In this document: in pieces, positions 1 through 8,377 of the stretch | Position numbering within the stretch: position 1 is the stretch's first letter | Layout: each line of letters starts with the position of its first letter | Assembly (NCBI GenBank): GCA_964500445.1 | Contig: CAZCOG010000001.1 | Location: 1-40,000 of the forward strand | From: an uncultured Persicitalea sp. | Lineage (GTDB): Bacteria > Bacteroidota > Bacteroidia > Cytophagales > Spirosomataceae | DNA: 40,000 nt | Direction: 5' to 3' | Program-made: the position numbers and the translations under genes | Notes under the pieces: generated by a model | What the model was told of the DNA's origin: nothing | Database searches by the model: none | What the model saw: only the letters and a program-made list of their open reading frames with translations

Positions 1-116
1 CATATCTTTGAAACAAATTAGTCTTTATTTCATTATGCTTTATAATTCCGCTGTATTACGGGAATGTAAAGTTTGTATTATTTTAATCACTTTTTCAACT
101 AAATTAAATACCAGCT

Positions 117-3100
117 ATGCGACTAAAATTTACGTGTTTAAACCGTGTACTGACCTTGCTTATCGTGCTGGCGAGCAGCACGATGGGTATAGCTCAGACC
201 AAAGCCGTCACAGGTACGGTTCAGGATGAGGCGGGCAATGGGTTGCCCGGTGTTTCCTTCCTTGTGAAAGGGACCAACAACGGGGGAGCCACCGACGCGA
301 GTGGTAATTTCCGGGTAAATATCGCATCCAACGACGCAGTTCTTGTTTTCTCTTCCATCGGTTTTCTGGGCAAGGAAGTACCCGTCGGAAATGCCAGTAC
401 TTTGACCGTTACGCTTGAAGAAGATACAAAACTACTAAATGAAGTAGTTGTCACGGGCTTTGGAATGACGCAGGAGACTCGCAAACTTGCTTATTCAGCT
501 ACTACAATAGAGGGCACGGATATTACGCGTACAAACAACGCCAACATGGTTAACGCCCTGCAAGGAAAAGTAGCAGGTGTAATGATTAACCAAGGCACAG
601 GTGGTCCAATGTCCTCCTCACGTATTCGTATTCGGGGTAACGCTTCCCTCAGCGGTAACACACAGCCGCTGTTCGTCATCGATGGTGTACTGATCCGCCC
701 CGGTACCTCGGGCGCTGATTCCTGGGGCGCGGGCCAGGACTTCGGCAACATCATGAAAAACATCAACCCCGACAATATCGAGTCCATGACAGTGTTAAAA
801 GGCTCAGCAGCCAGCGCACTATATGGCTCAGAGGCCCTAAACGGCGTAGTAGTTATTCAAACTAAAAAAGGACGGACCAACGTAGGGCTAGGCGTGACTT
901 ATAATCTCACCACTTCGTTTGAGAACGCTTATCGATTTCTAGATTTACAGAATCAGTATGGCGCTGGATTAGGACCATTTCCAATTGGAGCCGATGGTGT
1001 GCGTGAAGTAGAACGCGCTAACAACAACTGGGTCTATAACTACGGACCCAAGTTTGACGGACAACCTGTTCGTGACTTGGACGGCCGAATGATACCATGG
1101 CAAGCTAACGATCCGCTGAGCTTTTTCCAAACGGGCAAGTACATCAACCACAACGTTGCCATCGAAGGAGGGAACGATCGGGGATCGTTCCGGGCCTCTT
1201 ATTCTGGTTTGAACAATACTACGATCATGCCCGCCGGTACTGAAATGAAGCGGAACAACTTTAATATTCGCGGTACCCAGAAGATTGGTAAGATTTTCAA
1301 CCTTGATGTCAGTGCGGATTACACGGACAATGATATGGTCAATCCTATCCGTCAAGGAGGCAATTTCAACCCCGTTTTTCGGTTTGTATATAGTCGCCCT
1401 CGCTCGCTTGATATTAACTACTGGGCCAACAACTACGAAGACCCTGTAGCAGGTGGACGTCGTCAGGGTGCGAATGATCCTTATTTTATCACCGATTTCA
1501 TGTGGAATACTTTTGAAGATGTCCAATTGCGCAACGAGAAAGTTTTCCGTACTAATGTAGACTTGAAAGGTACACTCACTCCTTGGTTGAGCTTCCTGCT
1601 GCGTGGTAATATCCAAACCCAACTTAATACAGGTAGTGGCCGTCAACCTGGCCCTAATGCAGGATACTCGGGAGGCTATTACAGTGAGTTCACCGAAAAC
1701 GAAAATCAATCCCGTATCCAGGGATTGCTGATGGCCAATCATCAATTTGGCGACAATTTCAACGTGAGCTTCAACATTGGCGGCGAAAGTAACCGCATCA
1801 ATGGAGGACGAAGGTTCTCCGCTTCTACCAATGGAGGACTGCGCGTTCCGAGAGTATATTCATTAGCCAACAGTCAGAATACTCTGAATTACGGCAACAG
1901 TCTAGGAGCTTCCCGCCGTATCGATGCGCTGTACGCCTATGGTGATGTAACGTATCGGGACGCCCTTACGCTCAACTTCAGCGTGAGGAATGACTGGTCG
2001 TCTACGCTGACTTACGCCGATGGAAGTGGCGATTATTCTTACGCTTATCCTGCTGTAGGCTTAGCCTGGATCTTCACAGAATCACTCAATAACACACCCA
2101 CTTGGCTGTCGTTTGGCAAGTTACGCGCAAGCTACGGCTTCACGGGTGGCGATACGGATGCATACTCTACAAACCGAGCAGGAAATTACAGTCCGCAAGG
2201 ACAATACACCCTACCTGATGGCAGTCAGATTAATGTCTCCGGTTTCAGCGACAATACGCTACCCAACTATAATTTGAAGAACCGTCTCGCTCGAGAATGG
2301 GAACTGGGAACTGACATCCGCTTCTTCAGCGGCCGTCTGGGGTTAGACTTTACGGTATATAACAAACTGACCAGAAACGAAATCCTGAGCTTACCAATTG
2401 CATCGGAATCTGGCCTCAACCGTAAACTGGTAAACGCGGGTGAGATTCAGAACAAAGGAATCGAGTTGATGATCAATGCTACCCCTATCAGAAGTGGCAA
2501 GTTTGAGTGGAATACAAATATTAACTTCACCCGTAACCGAAACAAAATTCTTGATTTAGTAGAAGGAACCGATACCTACGAGCTGGCGCTCGGCTTTGGA
2601 GCCGATATCCGATCAATAGCCAAGGTCGGAGAGCAGTACGGTACTTTGGTAACACCTTATGGTTTTGCTACCTATCAATCTGATGACCCAAATAATCCAT
2701 CCAACGGCCAGCGGGTGATTGGTGCGGCCAGCGGTACAACTGGCGGATATCCTTCGTACCTGCGCAGCGGAGCATACGGCCAAGGTAACAAAGTACTGGG
2801 TACGATGATGGAAAATTTCCTACTTAGCAACATGAATAACTTCCGTTACGGCAATTTCTCGGCAACCTTGCAGTTGGACGGCAAGTTCGGCGGGTTGATG
2901 GGTTCCGGTACACACCAGTACGGTTCGTCAAACGGTAGCTTTGCAAACAGTCTGTTTGGACGCGATGCCGAAACAGGCGGTATTCAATTTACTGATGCGC
3001 AGGGTAACGTTCGAAACGACGGCATCATTCCCGAAGGTGTGTTAGCTGACGGCTACGAGGTGAAGGTGGGCGAAAATCTGATCGATTTGGGAGGAATGCC

Positions 3101-3455
3101 CTACTCTGAAGCAGTAGAGAAAGGTTACCTGACCCCAATTCCTGCCTATGCTTACTACGAAAACCTTACGCAATGGAGTTCGGGGATCCGAGAATACTCC
3201 GTCTTCGAGAACTCATGGGTATCGCTCCGTGAGGTATCGGTAGGGTACAGCATCCCTGCTACGGCTTTAGAGAAAATTAAAGTCCAGTCGTTGCGAGTCA
3301 GTCTGGTAGGGCGTAATCTGATTTACCTGTACCGTACGGCCAAAGACGGCATAAATCCTGAAGGTTTATACAGTAACCGTCCGGGTGAGTTCATGGAATA
3401 CGGCGGATTACCATTCACCCGCAACCTAGGCGTTTCAGTAAATGTCGGCCTTTAA
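117..3455 (+). CDS. SusC/RagA-family TonB-dependent outer-membrane transporter
   Basis: 1112-aa ORF. Sec signal peptide (...VLASSTMGIAQ). Carboxypeptidase-regulatory-like beta-sandwich (VTGTVQDEAGNGLPGVSFLVKGTNNGGATDASGNFRV). Plug motifs (LNEVVVTGFG; IESMTVLKGSAASALYGSEALNGVVVIQTKKG). Long beta-barrel region. A SusD-like gene starts 35 nt downstream. Confidence 0.93.
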   Translation: MRLKFTCLNRVLTLLIVLASSTMGIAQTKAVTGTVQDEAGNGLPGVSFLVKGTNNGGATDASGNFRVNIASNDAVLVFSSIGFLGKEVPVGNASTLTVTLEEDTKLLNEVVVTGFGMTQETRKLAYSATTIEGTDITRTNNANMVNALQGKVAGVMINQGTGGPMSSSRIRIRGNASLSGNTQPLFVIDGVLIRPGTSGADSWGAGQDFGNIMKNINPDNIESMTVLKGSAASALYGSEALNGVVVIQTKKGRTNVGLGVTYNLTTSFENAYRFLDLQNQYGAGLGPFPIGADGVREVERANNNWVYNYGPKFDGQPVRDLDGRMIPWQANDPLSFFQTGKYINHNVAIEGGNDRGSFRASYSGLNNTTIMPAGTEMKRNNFNIRGTQKIGKIFNLDVSADYTDNDMVNPIRQGGNFNPVFRFVYSRPRSLDINYWANNYEDPVAGGRRQGANDPYFITDFMWNTFEDVQLRNEKVFRTNVDLKGTLTPWLSFLLRGNIQTQLNTGSGRQPGPNAGYSGGYYSEFTENENQSRIQGLLMANHQFGDNFNVSFNIGGESNRINGGRRFSASTNGGLRVPRVYSLANSQNTLNYGNSLGASRRIDALYAYGDVTYRDALTLNFSVRNDWSSTLTYADGSGDYSYAYPAVGLAWIFTESLNNTPTWLSFGKLRASYGFTGGDTDAYSTNRAGNYSPQGQYTLPDGSQINVSGFSDNTLPNYNLKNRLAREWELGTDIRFFSGRLGLDFTVYNKLTRNEILSLPIASESGLNRKLVNAGEIQNKGIELMINATPIRSGKFEWNTNINFTRNRNKILDLVEGTDTYELALGFGADIRSIAKVGEQYGTLVTPYGFATYQSDDPNNPSNGQRVIGAASGTTGGYPSYLRSGAYGQGNKVLGTMMENFLLSNMNNFRYGNFSATLQLDGKFGGLMGSGTHQYGSSNGSFANSLFGRDAETGGIQFTDAQGNVRNDGIIPEGVLADGYEVKVGENLIDLGGMPYSEAVEKGYLTPIPAYAYYENLTQWSSGIREYSVFENSWVSLREVSVGYSIPATALEKIKVQSLRVSLVGRNLIYLYRTAKDGINPEGLYSNRPGEFMEYGGLPFTRNLGVSVNVGL

Positions 3456-3490
3456 CCTTCATTCCTCGATTAAAAAAAAATACAAATAAT

Positions 3491-5191
3491 ATGAAACTTA
3501 CAAAATATAAGTTCTTGCTGTTGGGAATGGTCGGACTCCTGACAGTATCCTGCGAGAAGCAAGCTTTTGTAGACATTAACACCGACCCTGACGTCCTAAC
3601 GGCCATTCCTCCCCAAAACCAGTTTCTACAGGCCACTAGCCAGATTCACGGACAGGATTTCGAGGCGTATTACGATCTCTACCGGCGGATTATGCCCTGG
3701 ATGCAGTACACAACTGACCTGAATGGCAATCAAGGTGCTTTTACCCAAAACTTTGATAACTTTTCTGGCCGCTATGGTAGGCTATATAACGGAATTGGGG
3801 ATCGCCTTACCGATGTCGAAAGGTTGGTTGAGGAGATGCCAGCCGAGGAGCAGCCCCGCTACACAAATATGATTCGTATGGCACGGATTCTCAAAGCCTA
3901 TTATACTTTCTATGTCACTGATATTTATGGAGCAATTCCATATTCAGATGCCTTCCAGGGCAGGTATGGTGGTACTTTAACTCCGGAATATGACACCCAG
4001 CAGGAAATTTGCGCTCAACTCGACAGTGAGATTAAGGAGGCGGTTGCTACCTTAAAGGCTAGTCCGCCAGCCCCACAGATTAGTCTAGGCCAATATGATC
4101 AGTACTTTGGTGGTGACGCCCAGAAGTGGGTAAAGGCAGGCAATGCCCTGCGGCTTAAGATCGCCATGCGGCAGCTCAAAGTAAACAAAGGACCCGCCGA
4201 GACAATTATCAAAGAAGTACTGGCCATGCCTGCTTCCGATCTAATGTCCTCTAATGAGGATGGCTGGGTGTTCACCGCTTACGCTGGTTTCACGGCAGGA
4301 GGCAACTGGGATCCCACCTCACTACGTGCACCCAAGCCCATCGTGGACTTCATGTGGAAAACAAAGGACCCGCGCATCGATGCTTTCTTCACTCCGAATC
4401 TATTCTCACAGGTGAATGTCGATCGTCTGATCGCGGCTGGAAAGTTGCCCGCGGGTACCACGGCACCCGAGCGTCGTTACGTAGGTAGTTTCACTAGTCC
4501 CGACGATGCGCAGCGCGCGGTCAACATCCAGCGCTATTACTCGCCTCCACAAATCGTGGTCAACGGCCAAAACGTGCTCATCGATACGCTGTCATTCATT
4601 CAGCCTCGTCTTTTTCGACCTGCTCAAGCTGACGCTCAGGGAAATGCAGGTACTGGACTCAATTACATGCCCGTTATTACCTATTCTGACTTTGCCTTTA
4701 TGCGTGCCGAAGCTGCCGCACGCAGCATTACCGGCGAAAGTGCCAAAGATTGGTACGAAATGGGTGTAGTAAGCTCAATTAATTGGTACGACAAGGTAGC
4801 ACAAGGATCAAACCTGACTAATTATACGCCAGTAACTCAAGCCGAAATCACTTCATATATGGCCATGCCGGAGGTGGCTTTTGATCCGAGTAAGGCGATC
4901 AATCAGATTGCCAGCCAGGCATATCTCCATTTCTTGAAGCAGCCAGCCGAAGGCTGGGCAAACTGGAAACGGACCGGGTTCCCCAATCCGAATTCGGTTG
5001 TTCCCATGCCTACTCTCACTAACAACGGGGCCGCGTTAACCATCGCACGCCGCGCACCCATTGGGTTGCTCAACGAGAATGATCCTAACTACCTAAACAA
5101 GAAAGCAGCCTATGATGCCATGCTCGCCTTACCAGGTTTTGGCAATGATTTGCAAGATGCCAAAGGCCGTGTTTGGTGGGATGCCCCCTAG
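3491..5191 (+). CDS. SusD/RagB-family nutrient-binding outer-membrane lipoprotein
   Basis: 566-aa ORF directly downstream of SusC, the diagnostic pairing. Lipoprotein signal (LLGMVGLLTVSC|EK). Size and helical W/Y-rich composition are typical of SusD-like proteins. Confidence 0.85.
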   Translation: MKLTKYKFLLLGMVGLLTVSCEKQAFVDINTDPDVLTAIPPQNQFLQATSQIHGQDFEAYYDLYRRIMPWMQYTTDLNGNQGAFTQNFDNFSGRYGRLYNGIGDRLTDVERLVEEMPAEEQPRYTNMIRMARILKAYYTFYVTDIYGAIPYSDAFQGRYGGTLTPEYDTQQEICAQLDSEIKEAVATLKASPPAPQISLGQYDQYFGGDAQKWVKAGNALRLKIAMRQLKVNKGPAETIIKEVLAMPASDLMSSNEDGWVFTAYAGFTAGGNWDPTSLRAPKPIVDFMWKTKDPRIDAFFTPNLFSQVNVDRLIAAGKLPAGTTAPERRYVGSFTSPDDAQRAVNIQRYYSPPQIVVNGQNVLIDTLSFIQPRLFRPAQADAQGNAGTGLNYMPVITYSDFAFMRAEAAARSITGESAKDWYEMGVVSSINWYDKVAQGSNLTNYTPVTQAEITSYMAMPEVAFDPSKAINQIASQAYLHFLKQPAEGWANWKRTGFPNPNSVVPMPTLTNNGAALTIARRAPIGLLNENDPNYLNKKAAYDAMLALPGFGNDLQDAKGRVWWDAP

Positions 5192-5222
5192 GTCTTACTT
5201 AGATTGGGTTAAATAATACTAG

Positions 5223-5254
5223 AAAAGGAGAATCGAAATTTCGGTTCTCCTTTT
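5223..5254. terminator. Bidirectional intrinsic terminator between convergent susD-like and FG-GAP genes
   Basis: aaaaGGAGAATCGA-aatt-TCGGTTCTCCtttt. The stem is 10 bp (one G-U wobble) and is flanked by A4 and T-run sequences, so it is followed by a U-tract on either strand. Confidence 0.75.
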
Positions 5255-5281
5255 TTCTTGCCTTTAATATCTTTTAGTTGG

Positions 5282-6811
5282 TTATCGAAGCATATTCTCC
5301 AAAACAACCACACCCTTATTTTCAGTCTTCCAACGCTCCAACAATGCTTTGGGGGTGGGCGTGATGGCCAGATAAAACGAACCCAGCAGAATGTCCAGAT
5401 CCCCGTCCTGATCTACATCGGCGGCATCCATTGTAAGCCAGCGACCACGGTTTGGATCGGGAAAAGTACGGGGAGTGAAATGGTCATTTCCGGTATTCTC
5501 CAAATACACAAAACTTCGCACCGGGTCAAGGGAAAAGTCAGGAAAGAAAGCGATGGCAGCAATGTCGAGGTCGCCATCCTGGTCAAAGTCGCGGGCCATG
5601 GCTTGGGTGGCTCCGTCGAGCGGGAAAAAGAATTGCTCTTCAAACTTATCTTTACCCTTGTTTATGAAAATCCTGATGCCATGATACGGCTTTAAGGTAT
5701 AAGACTTATCACCGTTATCTCCGTTGGCATACAGAATATCGGGTTTACCATCTTTATTAAAATCGACCAGTTCAAAGAAACCCGAACCATAAGAAGGGGG
5801 GAAGCGCAGCAGGATTTTCTTGGCAAAATTACCTTTACCACCATTGAGATATACAGCAATTTGCTCGTCGCCCTGCGCATAAAGTACCCACAAATCAGGG
5901 CGGCCGTCGCCGTCATAGTCTTGCCAGTAGGTCATACGCGCGCCGGGCCGTTCCTCGATCACGTGCCTAGTCATCGAATCAGTGGCTGTAGCGGCGTACC
6001 AAGCCAGTTTCCCTGTGTAGTTTCCGTATTCGCAGATGATTACATCTTCCCGCCCGTCCTCGTTTACATCGGCATAGGTGGCTTGTACAGGTCTCTGCAA
6101 ATCACCTACTACACGTCGACCACGCCAGTTTCCATCGGTTTTACGGATAGAAAGTAATGTACCTTTGTGCTCGTCGTTTGGATCCATGTACCCCATGCTG
6201 AGCAGTTTCCACTCGCCGCCTGACTGGGACCGAAAATCGGAAAAAGGACTTTCAAAATTGAATAAAGAATCTACCGCTTGCAGTTTGGGATTCAAAATGT
6301 GCATTGCTCCAGAACGGTGGCTGGTCCAGATCTGACGGCTGAAAGGATCGTAACGTACTGCTGTCACGGTGGCTTCCAATGGACTGATTGTGTTTTTTAC
6401 ACGAAAACCAGGCACCGGCTGCAACGTATCCTGTCGGGGACGCGGCAAATTTTCAGGTGCATTTCGCACGTAATAATCCACTATACTCGCCCACTCTTTC
6501 TCACTTATTTGGGGCTCTTTGGGAAAGATTCCGAGCTGCTCAATTTGTAATTGCGCTTCGTAGTTTTGAAATAAAGCGGAATCTGTTCCAGCGACTTGCA
6601 GTCCTAACCGGGGCGCCATATAGGGTAGCGCGCCTTCGGCCCAGGTTTTTTTGTCGAGCAGTGATGGCTCAGGAAAAATATGGCAGCCTGCACAGTACTG
6701 GTGGGCCAGTACTTCACCGTTGGGCTGCTGTCCCGTCCCACACGACCAGTAGGCCAAAGTTCCAATTGAAACCAGCGTGGTAGTTAACCAAATCTTTTTA
6801 AATGAAGTCAC
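5282..6811 (-). CDS. Secreted FG-GAP/VCBS-repeat protein with an N-terminal single CxxCH (c-type haem) motif
   Basis: 509-aa ORF. Its GTG start overlaps the argH stop (GTGA). Signal or lipoprotein-like N-terminus (...GTLAYWSCG). CAGCH motif at aa 40-44 (nt 6680-6694). At least 5 D-x-D/N-x-D-G-x-x-D repeats (DVNEDGREDV, DYDGDGRPDL, DFNKDGKPDI, DFDQDGDLDI, DVDQDGDLDI). Confidence 0.8.
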   Translation of the reverse strand: MTSFKKIWLTTTLVSIGTLAYWSCGTGQQPNGEVLAHQYCAGCHIFPEPSLLDKKTWAEGALPYMAPRLGLQVAGTDSALFQNYEAQLQIEQLGIFPKEPQISEKEWASIVDYYVRNAPENLPRPRQDTLQPVPGFRVKNTISPLEATVTAVRYDPFSRQIWTSHRSGAMHILNPKLQAVDSLFNFESPFSDFRSQSGGEWKLLSMGYMDPNDEHKGTLLSIRKTDGNWRGRRVVGDLQRPVQATYADVNEDGREDVIICEYGNYTGKLAWYAATATDSMTRHVIEERPGARMTYWQDYDGDGRPDLWVLYAQGDEQIAVYLNGGKGNFAKKILLRFPPSYGSGFFELVDFNKDGKPDILYANGDNGDKSYTLKPYHGIRIFINKGKDKFEEQFFFPLDGATQAMARDFDQDGDLDIAAIAFFPDFSLDPVRSFVYLENTGNDHFTPRTFPDPNRGRWLTMDAADVDQDGDLDILLGSFYLAITPTPKALLERWKTENKGVVVLENMLR

Positions 6812-8160
6812 GCTTTAAGTAAGTTCTGAAAAGCCTTTTCCACCTTATCAAACTCAAAACGAGCCAATTCATTATTCATACGCCGGGTTATTTCGGCCAG
6901 ATTCAAGTTACCAATGCTCCCTTCGTGGGTATGTTTGAGTTCGCGCGAAGGACGCAGCTCATCGCCACTATAATTCCCCTCCCCTATTTCCTTGCCCACC
7001 TGCCGGTACGCGTCCCGGAATGACACGCCCTGCATCACTAATTCATTCACCCGCTCCACGCTGAATAACAAATCATAACGGCTTTCGTCCAGCAGGTTAG
7101 CCTTGATCTCCATGTTTTCCAGCATAAAAGCGGCCACGTCCAGACAATCCAGCATTTCGTCGAAAGCGGGCATCAGAATTTCTTTCAAAAGCTGCATATC
7201 CCGATGATACCCCGATGGCAGATTGCTCAGTACCAGCGTCACTTCCATCGGCAGAGCTTTAAGACGGTTGGTTTTGGCGCGGAGGAGTTCAGCCACGTCG
7301 GGGTTCTTCTTGTGTGGCATGATGCTACTGCCCGTTGTGAAGGCATCAGGCAGTATGATGAAGCCGAAATTCTGGCTGTTGTACAGACACACATCCATCG
7401 CCAGACGCGAAACAGTGGCAGCAAGTGATGCCAGGGCAGTTAGGGCGGCTTGTTCGGTGCGCCCCCGGCTCATCTGGGCGTAAACTACATTATAATGCAG
7501 CCCTTCGAAGCCGAGCAATTCGGTCGTCATTGTACGATTCAAGGGGAAAGATGAACCATAGCCCGCGCCGGAGCCCAGCGGGTTGCGATTGGCCAGGCGA
7601 TAGGCGGCGTTGAGTTGCACTACATCATCGATCAACCCCTCGGCGTAGGCCCCAAACCACAGTCCAAACGACGACGGCATGGCGATCTGCAGGTGCGTGT
7701 AGCCAGGCAGCAAGTCATTTTTATGTTGCTCGGCGCGGCTTTGCAAGACCTTAAAAAGCTTTTCAGTAGCCTGTACAACCTGCGTGAGGCGGTCACGGAC
7801 ATAGAGTTTCAAGTCAACAAGTACTTGGTCATTGCGAGAGCGGCCGCTGTGAATTTTCTTGCCAGTATCGCCGAGTTTGCGGGTGAGTAGTAGTTCTACC
7901 TGTGAATGTACGTCCTCGACGCCCTCTTCAATAATGAATTCTGAGGTCTGTGTTTTTTTATAAATCGCTTTGAGCTCAGTCTGTAAATCGGCCAGTTCTT
8001 GGGCGGTTAGCAGGCCAATGGATTCGAGCATGGCTGCGTGGGCTAGGTTGCCCAGTACGTCAAATTCAGCCAGGTGGAGGTCCAGTTCGACATCACGCCC
8101 CACCGTAAAGCGTTCTATTTTTTCGGAGGTAACGGTATTTTCTTTTTGCCAGAGTTTCAA
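6808..8160 (-). CDS. argH: Argininosuccinate lyase
   Basis: Fumarate-lyase superfamily sequence colinear with ArgH (RFTVGRDVELDL, HSGRSRNDQV, GYTHLQIAMP, GSSIMPHKKNPD signature). The longest ORF reaches an ATG at 8292, and another ATG lies at 8190. The conserved ArgH N-terminus (M)KLWQK corresponds to a TTG at 8160, so I place the start there. The start is uncertain. Confidence 0.9.
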   Translation of the reverse strand: MKLWQKENTVTSEKIERFTVGRDVELDLHLAEFDVLGNLAHAAMLESIGLLTAQELADLQTELKAIYKKTQTSEFIIEEGVEDVHSQVELLLTRKLGDTGKKIHSGRSRNDQVLVDLKLYVRDRLTQVVQATEKLFKVLQSRAEQHKNDLLPGYTHLQIAMPSSFGLWFGAYAEGLIDDVVQLNAAYRLANRNPLGSGAGYGSSFPLNRTMTTELLGFEGLHYNVVYAQMSRGRTEQAALTALASLAATVSRLAMDVCLYNSQNFGFIILPDAFTTGSSIMPHKKNPDVAELLRAKTNRLKALPMEVTLVLSNLPSGYHRDMQLLKEILMPAFDEMLDCLDVAAFMLENMEIKANLLDESRYDLLFSVERVNELVMQGVSFRDAYRQVGKEIGEGNYSGDELRPSRELKHTHEGSIGNLNLAEITRRMNNELARFEFDKVEKAFQNLLKA

Positions 8161-8329
8161 AATAAAGGTAGTTTTCGGATGAGGTGCCATAGACGGGCGA
8201 GCCGCCCGTACCACAAAGCCCAAAGTTCGGGAGGTTTTGGGGATTATCCGAAAATTAAGGCTGGCATCCGTTTTTTTGAACACAGATGCCATTTAAAAGG
8301 CTTACCTCCAACATCGCAACCAATGATTT

Positions 8330-8369
8330 CCAAAAAGTCCTGATTGCCGGGGCGATCAGGACTTTTTGG
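8330..8369 (-). terminator. Perfect 15-bp palindromic hairpin 8 nt after the GH5 stop (putative terminator)
   Basis: CCAAAAAGTCCTGAT-(10 nt loop)-ATCAGGACTTTTTGG. The U-run is embedded in the 3' arm rather than trailing it, so termination efficiency is uncertain. Confidence 0.55.
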
Positions 8370-8377
8370 AAAAAACT

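Noticed and set aside
3-10. TATCTTTG (TAnnTTTG match) 107 nt upstream of susC
   Set aside because: It sits at the very edge of the window, so the -33 region is not visible. A single 8-mer match is not enough to call a promoter.
969-1745. 258-aa ORF antisense to susC. The same applies to antisense ORFs at 13366-14073 (in the lptD-like gene), 21993-22574 (in the barrel protein gene), 29073-29660 (in the glf and wza-like genes) and 18340-18780 (in the carboxyltransferase gene)
   Set aside because: All lie wholly inside, and opposite to, genes with clear family signatures. They have no start context or motifs, and their composition is typical of shadow frames.
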